A stretch of 63,772 nt of DNA, filler included, from Octopus bimaculoides (GCF_001194135.2; 5 parts of 5 records of this genome joined end to end with filler, not necessarily neighbours in it), one strand, 5' to 3'; counted from the first letter of the whole stretch, positions 26,590 to 41,284 are shown. Notes: generated by a model from the sequence alone, not told the origin. Numbers and translations: made by a program.

Positions 26590-27730
26590 CAAGAAATTTC
26601 AGGTGTGGAAACAAAGTCTGGAATCTAAGGGTCTTAGGGTTAATTTAGCAAAAACTGAAGTCCTAATAAGTAGGAAAACAGACAAATCACAAGTCCCTTC
26701 TGGGAGATGGCCCTGCTCAATATGTAAGAAGGATGCTGGTAGAAACGCTATATGTTGTACCCAGTGCAATCTTTGGGCACATAAAAGTGTAGCGATATCA
26801 AAGGAAGGTTAATGGAGAATATAGTTTTTATGTGTAGGTACAATAAGCACTAAAAATACACAGACAATAGGCTCCCTCAAATGCTTGGGTGGTTCATTAG
26901 AAGTAGTAGATAGCTTCTGTTGTCTAGGGCAGGGGTTTTCAAACTGTGGTCCGTGGACAGCAAATACTTTTTATGGGCAATTTGATTTTATATGTTTTTT
27001 AATCGAAATCTTTTAATTGACAAACCTATTTGTTAAATACTGTTAAATAAATAAATGTAAAAATATATGTTATTTTAAGCAAATATTTATGTATAAATTT
27101 CATAAGCATTTATAAGGGGTCCCTAAGGTAAAGCCTGAAATATAAAGGGGTCCGCAAGTCAAAAAGTTTGAAAACCCCTGGTCTAGGGGTCCAAGTTAGT
27201 AGTAGGGGAGGGAGTTCTGAAAGTGTAGTTGCTGGGATAAGAACAGGCTGGGCAAAGTTCAGAGAGCTTCTGCCTTTGTTAGTAATTAAGGCCTTTCCCT
27301 CAGAGGGAAAGGCAGATTGTGTGATGCCTGTATACATATAGCTATGTTATATGGCAGTGAAACATGGGCTTTGACTACAGAGGACTTGAGAAGGCTTGAA
27401 AGAAATGAAGCTAACATGCTCCACTGTATGCATAATGTCAGTGTACATGTATGACAGCATGTAAATGATTTAAGAGGAAAACTGTGTATAAGAGGCACCA
27501 GATGTATGCAAGAGAGCCGATTGCGCAGGTTTGGTCATGTGATACGTATGGATGAAGGCAGCTGTGTAAAGAAGTGCCAAGCTCTAATTGTGGAGGGTAC
27601 CTGTGGAAGGGGTAGACAAGACCTTCAGATGCTGTGTCTCACTGAGGAAATGAGAAGGGACCAGGAGATGTGGTGATTTGCTGTACTTGATAAGATACAT
27701 CAAGCTAAGTAAAATTGTTGTCTTCCACAC
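26590..27730 (+). mobile_element. Degenerate RTE-like LINE 3' fragment, interrupted by a hAT MITE
   Basis: WKQSLESKGLRVNLAKTEVL..GRWPCSIC..CTQCNLWAHK, then WAKFRELLP..AMLYGSETW. Same family as 53630-55023. Confidence 0.8.
26930..27180. mobile_element. Non-autonomous hAT-superfamily MITE (251 bp)
   Basis: Perfect 16-bp TIRs CAGGGGTTTTCAAACT / AGTTTGAAAACCCCTG and a perfect 8-bp TSD GTCTAGGG (26922-26929 and 27181-27188). Confidence 0.92.
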
Positions 27731-28402
27731 ATACAAGGTTGTCCTTTCAGGTGCTGGTGCCATTTAAAAAGCACCTGTGCTGGTGCTGCATTTACACACC
27801 TGTGATGGTGACATAAAACGCACCCAGTACACTCTGCTAAGTGGTCGACATTAGGAAGGGCATCCAGCTGTGGAAACTATGCCACAGTAGACAATTGGAG
27901 TCTGAACAGCTCCATGTCAAACTATCCAACTCATGCACCATCTGCCAAATCTACTCACAATACTTTGATTGGCTTGTATATGTGTAAAACACATAAACAT
28001 TGAAGTTTATCATAACACATCTATGTATTGATGTGAAGTGGAAAATATTTATGACTGAATGAATCCCATTTCCTTTCTTCAACAGTTAACTTCACTGTGC
28101 TTAATCATTTAGTGCAATGCTTATCATGTCTATAAATGTCTAAATAAAGTGATGGAAATTTTGACTTTGGAGTTCATAGTTATTATGTTTAAACATCCTT
28201 GACCTCTTAAGAAAAGAACACTGCTTTGGAACATCACATTGTTTCACTTAACCCTTATTTCTATTTCCACTCCAATTTCTCAACTTTGTGTTAAAGGACA
28301 TCCTGTTAAAACATTTCTTAGATATTATGCCAGCAGTTGTGTTTCTGAAACATCTAAAGTAGCACTGTAAAATGTGTAAGAATATTTATTTGAGAAAATA
28401 TA

Positions 28403-28635
28403 TCTAATAACATCATCATCATCATCATCATCGTTTAAAATCCGCTTTCCATGCTAGCATGGGTTGGACGATTTGACTGAGGACTGGTGAAACTGGATGG
28501 CAACACCAGGCTCCAATCTGATCTGGCAGAGTTTCTACAGCTGGATGCCCTTCCTAACGCCAACCACTCAGAGAGTGTAGTGGGTACTTTTACGTGTCAC
28601 CCGCATGAAGGCCAGTCAGGCGGTACTGGCACATC
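28403..28635 (-). mobile_element. RTE LINE 3' tail fragment
   Basis: (CAT)n followed by the reverse complement of the 19437-19620 sequence. Confidence 0.85.
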
Positions 28636-28918
28636 TAAAAAAAAAAAAAAATAGGGGAAATGAAACAGAGATTATTGTCAAAGGAGTTTGTGACAGAAAG
28701 GAAATAGTTCTAATGAAAGCCAAGCTGTGGGTTCATCTCTTGTCAAGAACTTCCTGAGGTGGAATTGTGATCACCTCAGGAATAATCATCTGCATGTTTA
28801 GATTATTGTATACATACATATATTCATCAATAGTTTTTTTTTTTATGATATATATGTTGTTCATTTATATTTGAGCTTTATTTAAGTTATTGGTAATTAA
28901 AATTATTTTCCTCCACAG

Positions 28919-28989
28919 CTCCCACAACAGAAAATCTCACAGGTGCCTGTAGCTGTGATAGCAAGTGACCGGCCGCACTATTTGTACAG
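28919..28989 (+). CDS. POMGNT1: POMGNT1 coding exon (start of the catalytic domain)
   Basis: ccacag|LPQQKISQVPVAVIASDRPHYLY(R)|gtttgt, versus human [24 protein letters not shown]. 71 bp, phase 0 to 2. Confidence 0.95.
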
Positions 28990-29548
28990 GTTTGTTGAAA
29001 TCTTTTGGCAAATATAACAACTGGCTTATATTTATTTACTTATGAATTTTAGAACCTTTGTCGATTACTTTTATGGCAGAGGTAGACACTTTTTACACAA
29101 CTATGTTTTGGGAAAGCATATGACGTTTCAATTAACTATTTATATATGAATAGTTAAGTTGACTAGCTTTATGAAACAAGTGTTGGACTTGAGTTCACTC
29201 CCTTTACTAAAGAAAAGTTGCTAATATTTTTTTTTAAATCTCTGTTTCAAAAGTTTTCTTTGAAAATATTCTATTCGTCTCTTATTTTCATTTATTGGAT
29301 AGCAGCCATGTTGGAATACACAGCCTTTGAGAGATGTTCATATTGATTCCAATATTTATCTCAGTCTAGTATTTATTTTATCCCTTTTTGTTTATTGAAC
29401 CACTAAATTATATGATATAAAGGGACTTTGCATAAACACAACTTTGGTTTAAGTGGTATAAACACACACACACACATATAATGATTCTACTTAGGCATGG
29501 CGTTACTAATAACTAGTTGTTAGTGTTCAATATACTTATGCTTCAGAC

Positions 29549-29789
29549 CAGTGCTTCTCAACCAGGGTCCATATAAGATTTTGTTGTTAAAATTTATGTG
29601 CAATAAAATCAGTTATATTTCTACAATACATAAAATATTAAAAAATTTTTTTATACAATTTCAAATAATATTTAATTATAAAAATATAATGGGATTTTTT
29701 TTAAACATTCAATGGCTATGGAGAATCCAGTGCAGGAAAACAGGAATGAAAGGGATCCATAGGCAAAAAAAAATGGTTGGGAACCACTG
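29549..29789. mobile_element. Non-autonomous hAT-superfamily MITE (241 bp)
   Basis: TIRs CAGTGCTTCTCAACCA / TGGTTGGGAACCACTG (2 mismatches) and an 8-bp TSD CTTCAGAC / CTTTAGAC. Confidence 0.82.
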
Positions 29790-30584
29790 CTTTAGACTAT
29801 TTGCATGTAATATCAATTAATAAATGTCGAAAGAACAGGCGTTGCGTAATCTCTATACACTCAGAACTATGTGCTTGTGCAACATCCTATAGGTTTCTTA
29901 AAACCATGAAAATGAAGTGTATGTTTATTTCAGAAAGCTGTTATATAGTGCCACCTGACTAGCTCCCATGCTGATGGCATGTAAAAAGCACCCACTACAC
30001 TTGGAGTGGTTGGCATTAGGAAAGACATCCAGTTGTAGAAACTGTGCCAGATCAGATTGGAGCCTGGTGCAGCCTCCTGGCTTACCAGTCATTAGTCAAA
30101 CCATCCAACCCATGTCAGCATGGAAAGCGGATGTTAAACGATGATGATGATATATATATATATATGGCAGGTTTCCAAAACTACCAAATTCCTCACACAA
30201 GGCATTGGTCTGTCCAAGGTATCGCACAATGGGATTGAGCCTGGAACCATTAACTTGCAATCAAACCTGTTACCCATGCAGCTTTGCCTACGTGGGCTTT
30301 ATAAATATTTGCCTTTCAGTTCTATATTGCCTGAATTCCTTTTAGATTTTTCTGATAATTCCAATTCATTGTTGTACAGTTGCCTGTACCATGCCATCTA
30401 AACAAGATATACTAATCATAGTAAAAAGGTGCTGGAAAAGTATAACTTTGTTAGTATTTCATATCAAATCTAATGATAAATGAAAGGCAATCTTTAATAC
30501 ATTAAATGTATAGGGAAATGCCAAGTTGAAGCTGTGAACATTGAAGGAGTTACCTTACAATTAAAATATATTATAATTAATGGT

Positions 30585-30965
30585 CATAGAGGCATAGGAG
30601 TGTGGTAAAAAGTTTGCTTCTCAACTACATAGTTCCTGGTTCAGCCCCACTGTGTGACACTTTGGGAAGTTGTCTTCTACTATAGCCCTGGGCTGACCAA
30701 AGCCTTGTGAGTGGGTTTGGTAGACAGAAACTGAAGGAAGCCCATTGTATGTGCGTGTGTATATTTGTCCTTCACCACTGCTTGACAGCTAGTGTTGGTG
30801 CACTTACATCCTCATAATGTAGTGGTTCGGCAAAAGAAACTAATACAATAAGTACCAGGCTTTATGAAAAAGGAAAAGTACTGGAATTGATAAATTCAAC
30901 TAAAACTTTTCAAGGAGGTGCCCCAGCATGGTTGCTGTCTAATGACTGAAACAAGTATAAGATAA
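30585..30965 (+). mobile_element. Near full-length OR-like CORE SINE
   Basis: Colinear with 52-458 from head to tail (AATGACTGAAACAAGTATAAGATAAAAG). Ends approximate. Confidence 0.78.
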
Positions 30966-33849
30966 AAGATTATACAATATTGTTATTTGTAGTCCTGTTG
31001 TTGTTTAGCTCCATGTCAATTCTGATGAGTAGGTCTATGATAAACTGCATTCCAATAATGAGTATTCCATTTTTTACAAGGATATGGTGTGTCCAAGACC
31101 ACATTCTTCAATATTTCCTACCATCCTTTAAGACAGGAAGATGTGATTTGAGGCAGATTTGGTTGCTATTTCTAATGGGTTGGATAATTATGTAAAGACT
31201 TAGTTGTGCTGTTTGCACACAAATTGGAAATAGTGTCTTAAAACACATCTATTTATATTTTTTACTTTTATCAGTCATTGGAATACTGCCATGCTGGAGC
31301 ACCACCTTAAAAGGTTTTTGTCAAACAAATCCACCCAAGTAATTATATTGTTCCTTTAGTCTAGTACTTATTCTATCAGTTTCATGTTACAGAGATGTAA
31401 ACAAACCGATACTGTTAAGTGATGGGGTGAGGGAGACAAAACACAAACACACATCCATGTGTGTGCACGCATGCATATATATGGCAGGCTTTCACAGTTT
31501 CCATCTACCAAATTCATTGACAAGGTATTGGGTGGCTTGGGTTATAGTAGAAGACACTTGTCCAAGGTACTGCACAGTGGGATCAAACATGAAACTACAA
31601 AGTTGCAAAGAGCGCTTCTTAACTACACAACCATGCCTGTGCCTAAATGTAGAATTCCAGATGGAATACTTTTGTGTGAGAGAGATTATCTGTTTTATAT
31701 AGATTAAGACTATTATACATGCTATTTGTAACTGTTGTGGACTCAATAGCTTTTGAAATTGGGTTTTAAATATTTCATCTGTCAGCTGGTTAATGCTGCA
31801 GATGTTGGGAACCCACAAAACAATATTCAACAATGCACACAGAAGATAGATATTTAAGTGTGATTAATGTCCACTTGAAAGGTTCTCACATGTAGTCCTA
31901 ACTCAAAGTGATTATGCACTGATATGATATACAGAGGATTAATCAGCAAGCCTCTACTTAGTCGCTTGGGTTATGATAAATAGTGACCAAGTCTCCTTCA
32001 AATTACATCTTGCTGTGTTTAAAAGAATAATATGGTTCTCTATATATTGGCAGGGTGGGGGGAACCAGATGGATGCTCATGGATGGAATGCTTTTTGATC
32101 ATAGCTCTATTTGGGTAGGCATTGACCTCAAGCTTATATTTTTAGAATACCTAAAGATTGTTATTTGATTAAGTCTGCATACCTCACTGAGAATGTTAGC
32201 ATGGCTAGCTTGAAAAATCAAAAACAGCAATCAGTTTATTTTGTTGTTATAGTTGTTTCATCACCACATTATTATTAATACTATCATCATCAATGTTTAT
32301 TTATCTACTCAGATAAGTTAAGTAGGTCTTTCCAGGCTCAAGTCTATCCAGTCCTGTTACTATTTCCAATTTATGATTTACCTCTCTAAGTTATCTTCTG
32401 TAATTTCTATGAACGCTACTCAGTTTAACTCTGTTTCAGTTATTCTTGAACTCGATATTCTTCAGTATTCTCCAAATTAAGCCTCACTGTGTTTTCTTTT
32501 CTCTCATATTTAAATATCGTTTCATATTTATTCTAAATACAGATGTGTTTTTTAGACACTTGCAATTTCTCTTTATCATTATCATTTGCCCAGTTATTCA
32601 TATTAACAATATAAAGGTACAGGTGCGGTTAAGAAGCTTGCTTCCCAACCATGTGGTCTTCGGTTCAGATCCACTGGGCAGTACACTGTGCAAGAGTCTT
32701 CTACTATAGCCTTGGGCCAACCAAAGCCTTGTAAGTGGATTAAGTAGATGGAAACTGAAAAAAGCTCATCTGGCCACTCTTAGTTTTTAAAATTTTACAT
32801 GATAGAGTGTTTATTATCTCATTTTATATGAGAGCTATGGCTAATAGCAGTGACAGGGAAAACTGCTATCTCCATCTCTAACAGTATAACATTTATTTAT
32901 TTATTCCTTTTGTAATATTAGATTTTAACATTATATCATTTTCTGCATCTTAAATCTTAAATGAATTATAAATGACTAGTTCTCTGCTGTCTTTAAAATT
33001 GATTATTTTTGCTCCAGTCTTCATTATTTCTTTTCCTCCTCCCCTCCATCACCATAGCACTCCTCTTTCTCACTCATAATATCCCATGCTAATTCCTAGC
33101 AACCCTGTTGGTTTCTTTGGGCATGTAGTTGTCTTCAGTTAATCTCCATCACCTTTTTACTGATAGCTTCTATTATATTGATTTCATATGCAGGTACAAG
33201 AATTTTATAAAGAGTAATTACCTGGGTATGCAGGTATTTTGAAAATACCTCATTGAATGATGACCATGCCCTGCATGGTTATGGGCTGCCCTTTGGAAAG
33301 ACATAACATCTATTTGGCCTCCCTGCCAGGGATATGGTGAAGTCATGGGACTGCAACATAGCAGACTGTGAAGAGGCAGCGAAAGAGCTGAACTGAGCCA
33401 ACAGTGCTTCTTATATTGATGCTGAGCAAAGGAATCCTAGCAAATCACCGGTCAGAACCACCTAGCTCTGTCAAGAGAGTAACTACAACACATCCATAGG
33501 GATGGCATGCATGTTTGTGTAATTTGCAAATGAAAGATCCACTTTGACTCAAGCACCCAATTCAAATTCATAATGGAATTGGATGATGACAGAGAGTCAT
33601 GGAAAATATTGAAAAAAAAATTGATTTGAACAAATGCTGATATATTGCTTATATTCACTATAAAACCAACTGGTTTATGGTAGGATTTGAATTCATAAGC
33701 AAGAAAGAGTAAACTAATTCAGCAAAGCATTTAGTTTCATATGTTGTTCTCTCTACCACATTTCATTACCTGAGATTATTTCATTTCATATAAAATGTCA
33801 TTTCTCTTATTAAATATCGTTATATCTGAAATATCCCTCTTCATTGCAG

Positions 33850-33925
33850 AATGTTGCAGTCAATCTTGTCAACTCCTGGAGCTAATCCTGGCATGATAAC
33901 AGTATTTATTGATGGTTACTATGAG
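33850..33925 (+). CDS. POMGNT1: POMGNT1 coding exon
   Basis: ttgcag|[26 protein letters not shown]|gtatag, versus human [25 protein letters not shown]. 76 bp, phase 2 to 0. Confidence 0.95.
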
Positions 33926-35518
33926 GTATAGAATATAATTATTGTGTCTTTTCTTAATTTTCCATTTTAATTACTGTTGATTCATTGATCAATTCTATGT
34001 GACAAAGTGTAATATAATGGTTAGATTCTGAGAATTAATTGTAAGTGGAAAACCTACATTAAAAAAAACACAAAAATTATATTCACTTTTTGTTTATTTC
34101 TTGCGATCACAAAACTTTTGGCACATCACTCTGACCTGGACACTGCAACAGTTCCACTGTAGATATTTGAAACTAAGTTATTGGTTAGTTCTTATAACTT
34201 ACATGTCACCTGCCAGTGTACCTAAGATTAAACAATACTTTAAGCAGAGCCTATCTGCAGTTTAATGTAGCTGGCATCTGAGTGTAGCCATAAACTCTTG
34301 GAAACTGATTTCACAACACCACTTTCAAATTAAATTTAATAAATCTAAGCATGTTTTAGCTTGACTGTAAAATATTGTAGTGAAAAACAAGCATGAAAGA
34401 TATTAAGAAAAATTAAGTAGGTGATAAAATTGAAGTGAAGTTTTCCTTTTTTTATGGAATAAGTAAAGTCAGTTGAGTTGATATTGTTTATTGCTGGTGC
34501 TTTTTTTCTTTTGCCAAGAATAATGGAGAGATAAAAGATGACATTCTTTAACCCTTTAGTAGTCAGATTATTCTGCCAAAAGTAATGCTTATTTAGTCAT
34601 GTTGCTTTGAATTAATCATGCATTATCTTGAAGCTTTGAGATTTTGATGAGGTAACTGTTAATTTTTAGAATAATACTGTAGGATTGGTGTGAGAGGCAA
34701 CATCTGGCCAGTTTGAACATAATGCAGGTTGAATATTTTGGCCAGATATAGCCAGTCTAAATGCTAAAAGGTTAAAAGATAAATATCTCATAGCAAAAAA
34801 TAAATTAATTAAATTTAAAAATGCTAAGGAGAGTCTCTATAGTTGCCCAGTAGAAGATGGTACCAAAATATTCAGGAATCATGAGACAAGAAAAACTTAA
34901 GAGAACAGCCTGCATCCTGTAGAAGGTAGATCGAGGCTGTTGATGTTAATAGGTAACCTCCTTTGGATTGGAGAAATGAGTAACACCATAGTGATTATAT
35001 ATTGTTTTTTATACTCACTGATGATATCAGGACTGTAAGTTTAAATGAAACTAGGGTGAACTTTATATACAAAACTGGCTTGAAGTAAAAATCCAATTAT
35101 TCAGCCTCAGATAAAAATTAATGAAGCAGAAATCTTGTGACCCAAATTTAATCTTCACAATCTTTTGTTTATTAATGCTGAAAGCAGCATTACATTAACT
35201 TGCTTTCTGAGAACTGTTTAACCCTTTTGATACCAATTCATCTGAGAGTGTTCCGGGTTCTCTGATATAGAACTTTTTGTTTAAAGTGATCTGAATTAAA
35301 ACCTTCCATCAAAATTTCATGTTACTCTGTGCTCCAAACACCAGCTTACCAGTGTCAAGATTATTTTACTAACCTTATTATTTTCAAAATTAATTGGAAC
35401 GAAGACAGTGTATTTCAACAGAAATATGGTAACAAAGGGGTTAAATGTTTGCTATTCGTTAGTGAGAGTTTTAATATGTCTTCTTATTCATTTCATAAGA
35501 AACTGTTTCTTATTTCAG

Positions 35519-35644
35519 GAACCTCTTGAAGTAACTAAATTATTTGGTTTGATTGGAGTACAACATACACCACTTGGAGTTAAAAATGCCAGGATATCAC
35601 AACACTATAAAGCCAGTTTGACTGCAACTTTCAATCGTTACAAG
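35519..35644 (+). CDS. POMGNT1: POMGNT1 coding exon
   Basis: tttcag|[42 protein letters not shown]|gtaata, versus human ..[25 protein letters not shown]. 126 bp, phase 0 to 0. Confidence 0.95.
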
Positions 35645-37147
35645 GTAATAATTCAAATATTTGCTAGTAGTCTTTCCTTGAATCAGGTAGGAAACAGAGT
35701 TGTTAGAGTGTAAGATATACTACTTCGTGGGTATTTGATTTGACTTTCTGAGCTCTGAGTTCAAATTCTATGGTGGCCAGCAGTAACTTTCATCTTTTTA
35801 GAGTTGATAGAGAGAACTACTTATCAAAGGCAGTGGCTCGGCAGGACTATTAGAACTTCAGGGGGATGCCTTGGGGATGTCTCTTTCTACTTTTAGTGTT
35901 CTTATTGGAATGCTTGCGATGGGTCTGGTGCCAAGTTGTATCAGCGTTACCTTTCCTTTGGTCATTATCAATCAGGGCCAGTGGTGTTGATTGAGTACAG
36001 AATAGCATTGTTATCTCCTGTAATATATCCAGCACCAACCTCATCATCTCCAGTTTTGTGCAACCACTGCCACCATCATCTTTTTCACTTATTCTATGGT
36101 GGGTGTCATTCATAAAAATATCTAGATACAACCTTTGGTTCAGTTTTCTGGCAGTTTCTGTCAATCTTCTATAGAAGTGAGTTTTCCTTATCTCTATTTG
36201 TCTCTGTTAATGTTGTCCCTCAACCATGTAGTGCAGTTGCTCAGATTCTTTCGTGATTGCAAGACATTGACAGTTAAAAATTATTTTCATTTGATATACA
36301 TCACCTTATATACAACAAATGGTAAATATCTTTGCTGGCTTGCTTCAGGCAAAACGTTTTCACTTGGTAACATAGCTTCATGTTCCATTAGTATCGTTTC
36401 TTATACATCTGCTTTACTCTTCACATATTTTACTCTCAGCCCTAGTTTAAAGTATAAAATATTCGAATCTGAGGAAACAAATTATGTTCTATTGGTAGAT
36501 TATCCAAATAGTGAAATAAATTTTATACCTTAAAGACAAAAAAAAAAAAAAAAAATAATAATAATTCAAAGGGTAGAACCCTTTGTCATAGTTCTGCCTG
36601 TAACAGAGACTCTGCAACCAGTTTATATCAGGTTTACTCTGTCCTGAAGCCCTTAAAGTATTGTAAATCATGGGAGGCTTGTTGAATGTTTGTCTGTAGC
36701 AGATTGAAAACTTAGAGGCAGAGAGAGGTTATTATAATCTGACATTTATATTATCTTATTCTCCATATATGCATTTTTCTTGATATTCCTGTCATAATTT
36801 ACAAACTCATCAATGCTGTCACACTATTTTACCCTCATATCTGCATCCACACACCTTTTTTTTCAGTTTCACCATTACATAAATTATCTCCCTTGTTCTC
36901 TCACCGTATATCTTTTTTTTTTGCCATTCCATACTTCCCCTCCATTCGTTTGCTATTACATATCTTATCTTTATTGTTTTCCTCTCTATTGTTCTCCCAT
37001 CTTATACCTCCTCCCCATTGTTCTTCCCTTACATATCTCTGTTGTTGTTCCACCATCCTCTTCTTTATTTTCTCATCATTTTCCAATATTCTTCCATTCC
37101 ATCTCACCCACTCTCCTCTACTGACTTCTATTTCATTGTTTTTACAG

Positions 37148-37206
37148 GATGCTGAATTTGCCATCATAGTGGAGGAAGATTTAGATATATCCCCAGACTT
37201 CTTCAA
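37148..37206 (+). CDS. POMGNT1: POMGNT1 coding exon carrying the EED (DxD-type) motif
   Basis: ttacag|DAEFAIIVEEDLDISPDFF(N)|gtaagt, versus human EAKFAVVLEEDLDIAVDFF. 59 bp, phase 0 to 2. Confidence 0.95.
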
Positions 37207-37559
37207 GTAAGTCATCTATTAGATTGTCATCTATTTTTACTTACCTCTTTTTGCAGTGCTAACAGTTGTTTAAAAGTAAAATACTTCTTGACTATTATTT
37301 AATTTATACTATTGACCTTTCTGTCCAACATTATGCAAATAATGTTTCATCAGAAGAGTGGAAGAATATATCCTCATTAAAAGATGTGCAAGTTCATTTT
37401 CTAATAGGACAATTTGTCTGGCATATACCTTATAGAATTTGGTGGACAGACTGCACCAAAGCCTGTCACATACTTGAGCATTAAGGATGTATCTTGGCAA
37501 GAAAACCAAAATATTGCTTTCAAATAAAACTACTCTATATAATATTTGTTCCACAATAA

Positions 37560-39270
37560 GTTATCCCTTATCATTTTGGTACCTGAGATGCTATGAATTA
37601 ATTAGAGATTGGCTCATTAGAGACCTATAACCAACAATGCTCTTGTACATACTACCATCACCATCAGCAGCAGTTTTACATTTATTTCTCCACATTGGCT
37701 TGTTGGATGGGAACATCCTGAACACAATATGGACAGCATGTGCAGCATCAGTACCATGTAAGCACAAAAAACATCCCACGAGTGCAATTTGGGAGACGGC
37801 AGCAGTCAGACTTGCCAGGAAAGAGTGCCGTAATGCTGAACGAGAATACAAACTGCATAAATCAGATATAAATAGGAAAAAGCGCAATGAATTGTCCAAC
37901 CATCTCAAGCAGGTGACAAAAATGGCAGTACTTGAATTTGAGCAGCATATAGCAACCAACCCTGACAGTAAGGTGTTCTGGAAGTATGTACATTCAAAGC
38001 AGAGACATCACTCTCCAGTTGGTCCTCTTCGCAATCCCCACACGAGCCAGATTACTGATGATCCCCAAAAATGCACAGAACTCATTGCTGAATGCCTATG
38101 CAGGCATTTTTACTGTCATAAACCAAAACATACCATCTCCACCACCTGTGACACTAAATTCTATAACAACTCTGGAATTTATACTTGCAATTCTGAGACA
38201 TCACCTTAAGAATAAACGCAATTATGCCGCTCTTGGTCTTGATGGCGTTATGTACTTACTTCTCAAATGTGGTGGGTATTTTCTTCTGCACCAACTTTCA
38301 CTCTTCTTTCAGTTCCTTCATTCTCAACTAAAAAGAGGTAGTCATGGTTTTAGGACAGCATTCTTCACCCTATGAGATGTCATCTAGTGTACTGCAGGGA
38401 TCTGTTCTTGGTCCTCTTTTGTTTGTTTGCATACATTAATGACATAGATGCCAGCTTAAAGAATGCCACAGTGCTGAAACATGCAGATGATATCAAGATA
38501 TACCTTGAGATAAAAAGGACAGATCCTGAACACCGTAGATCTTTCCTGCAATCAGACCTGGATACAGTGCCGCAATGAGTCATGGACTGGCAACTCAAGC
38601 TGGCTGTGGACAAGTGTACCACCATGCATTTTGGGAAGAAAAGCCCAGCGTCCACATACTCTCCACAACACTAATATCAAGAAGTCTTCTTGTGAACGTG
38701 ACCTGGCATTACTATCAGCAGCGATTTGTACTGGACAAAGCACATCTCCAAAATTGTTAAGAAGGCTGAGGGTGTCTTGGCATCACTCAGTGAGACCATC
38801 GTCAGCCACTCTCCGGTTATCTAAGGCTGTATATGGCTATGGTGCGGCTACACTTGGAATTTGCATCACCAGTCTGGAACCTCTATCTTGCAATTTCCCT
38901 CCTGGAAACTGTTCAGAGAGTACAACCAAGCGAATACCCTCCATCAGGCATTTACCATACTCTAAACGCTTTGCTTCCCTGAGCATAGATATATTGAAAC
39001 TCTGACATCTGGCAACTGACTTGGTAAACACCCACAAAATTATTAGCCATTGTGCCAACAACCATCTCGAGCTCCATGTGTCTAACACACGTGGGCATGC
39101 CTACAAAGTAAGAAAATAGCACAGCTCCCATGACTTTTGGAAACATATTTTCACACTCAGAATTGCTGAAGCATGGAACAAATTACTTGCATTGGTTGTT
39201 AGTCGCTGAGACATTGCATCCTTTAAAACCTCCATGCTTCCTAAAATTCGCCAACACTACACCTGATGTA
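37560..39270 (+). mobile_element. CR1-clade LINE, internally deleted and decayed
   Basis: KVFWKYVHSKQ, LGLDG, QGSVLG, KHADDIKIY and LQSDLD..WQLKLAVDKC motifs, then a FTLRIAEAWNKL-like end. Ends approximate. Confidence 0.8.
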
Positions 39271-40777
39271 TCCCCCTCCATTTGCATGCACACATGTATA
39301 TCATGACTCGTACACTGTTCACTTTCCTGACTTTTGCACATAATTCTATGTACTGCACATGCACCTTTGATGAGTTGTAGTGCACCTGAAAACTATACAC
39401 AATAATTTCATTATTATATTATTCACAGTTACTTCCCCTGTAGTCAGATAACCAGTGATATTTGTATAGGACATGTCATGCTCACATTTTCCCCATGTTA
39501 ACATGGATTGAGCAGATCACAATGTCTTGTCACCTATCACAGTCCTTTGTCTTGCAATGACTATAGTAGAGATAAATAATTTCAAATATGGCTCTGTGTG
39601 TGTGCATGCATATAACAAATGAGAAAATGGAATTTATGATATTCTTTATTAATCAAATCAATCCTCTTGACCCATCTTGCATTGGTGCCTTGCAGGTGAG
39701 ATACTCTACAACTAGTCAGGTGACTTTTCGAAAGGTATCTTGCTCAACAAACTCAAATTTTGCTTGGTTCTATTATAATGCATGTCATCATTTAGACAAG
39801 TATACACATGTTCGTGTAAGCACACATGTAGAGACACATACAAATACGCCATGGGCTGTGTTGTGTTCTTGAGCAAGACACTCTATTTCACATTGCTTCA
39901 GTTCACTCAGCCATAGAAATGAGTTACAGTGCCACTGGTGCCAAACTGTATCGGCCTTTGCCTTTCCTTTGGATAACATCTGTGACATGGAGAGTGGAGG
40001 CTGGTATGTATGGGCGACTGCTAGTCATTAACAATCTTGCCCAGATTTGTGCCTTGGAGGGTAACTTTCTAGGTTAAATCCCCATGGTCATTCATAACCA
40101 AAGAAGGTGGGTCTTTATCCTTTATACTCACACACAATTAACACTCATTCACTGCAACCTTGTACTTCATAGCTTTATCAAACACTTCGAAAAGTTGGTC
40201 AGCATCCAAAAGTCTGCCATTTGAAAACACTCTGGTATCTCCTGCTATATTTCCAGCTAAATTAAAATACCATCTAATCCCTCTCCTTATTTTTATTATT
40301 ACTTCACTCTGTATATTATTGATCATTATATAATTGATTCTTCATCTACTTTGTTACTCTGGAATGGAAAATTACAAAAGTGTTCAGTTATTCTAAACCA
40401 GAAACATTTTAATGTAAAGAAAGGTGACAAGCTGGCAGAATCATTAGTGACATTTAGTGACATTTGGTCCATCTTTACGTTCTGAGTTCAAATTCCACGA
40501 AGGTTGATTTTGCTTTTTGCCCTTTTGGAGTCAATAAAATAAGTACCGGTCAAGCTCAGAGGTAGATCTAATTGACTTACACTCTCCCCTGAACTTGCTG
40601 GCCTTGTGCCAAAATTTGAAACCAACATTTGAATGTAAAGAAGCTTCAACTTTTCCATCCAATCTCCAAACAATTATAATAAATCACGAGGTTATCCTTG
40701 TATTTGCCATTTTGAGATAATGATATCATTCTTTTGATTTGTATTTAAAAATCTGTTGTCATGCTTTGTTATTTCAG

Positions 40778-40850
40778 TTACTTTAGTCAGACAATGCATC
40801 TGCTAGATGAAGATCCCAGTATTTACTGTGTGTCAGCATGGAATGATCAG
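40778..40850 (+). CDS. POMGNT1: POMGNT1 coding exon
   Basis: tttcag|[25 protein letters not shown]|gttagt, versus human [24 protein letters not shown]. 73 bp, phase 2 to 0. Confidence 0.95.
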
Positions 40851-41284
40851 GTTAGTATGGCATTTTATATATTGCTTTTATTGTTGTTGTTTAACATGGA
40901 GTTGGCCACGGGGGGACAAAAGCAGACTTACCATCAAAGGCACTCTAGCTATGGTCATCCCATTTTACTTTTTCCCGATGGGTTACACCTCAGACTACAT
41001 TATCCATTGTCTTTTAATTTTTTTTTTAAATGGTAGCATGTGGGATGAAAGAGATGTGGTTGCTATTTCTAGCAGGATGAGCAACTATGTACATGCTTCT
41101 CTATTGTTTCATATTTTATTCATCGGTTTATACTACTTTCTCTTATTACATATTTCATCAACATTAAAATGTGATGAAATAACAAGAAAAGGAGGGCTCA
41201 ATTAGTGATAAACTCAACAATAATAGGGCAGAAGCTTGAGTCACTATGTTAGTTGTTGATGTTAAAAGCCCTAGTTAGACTGTC

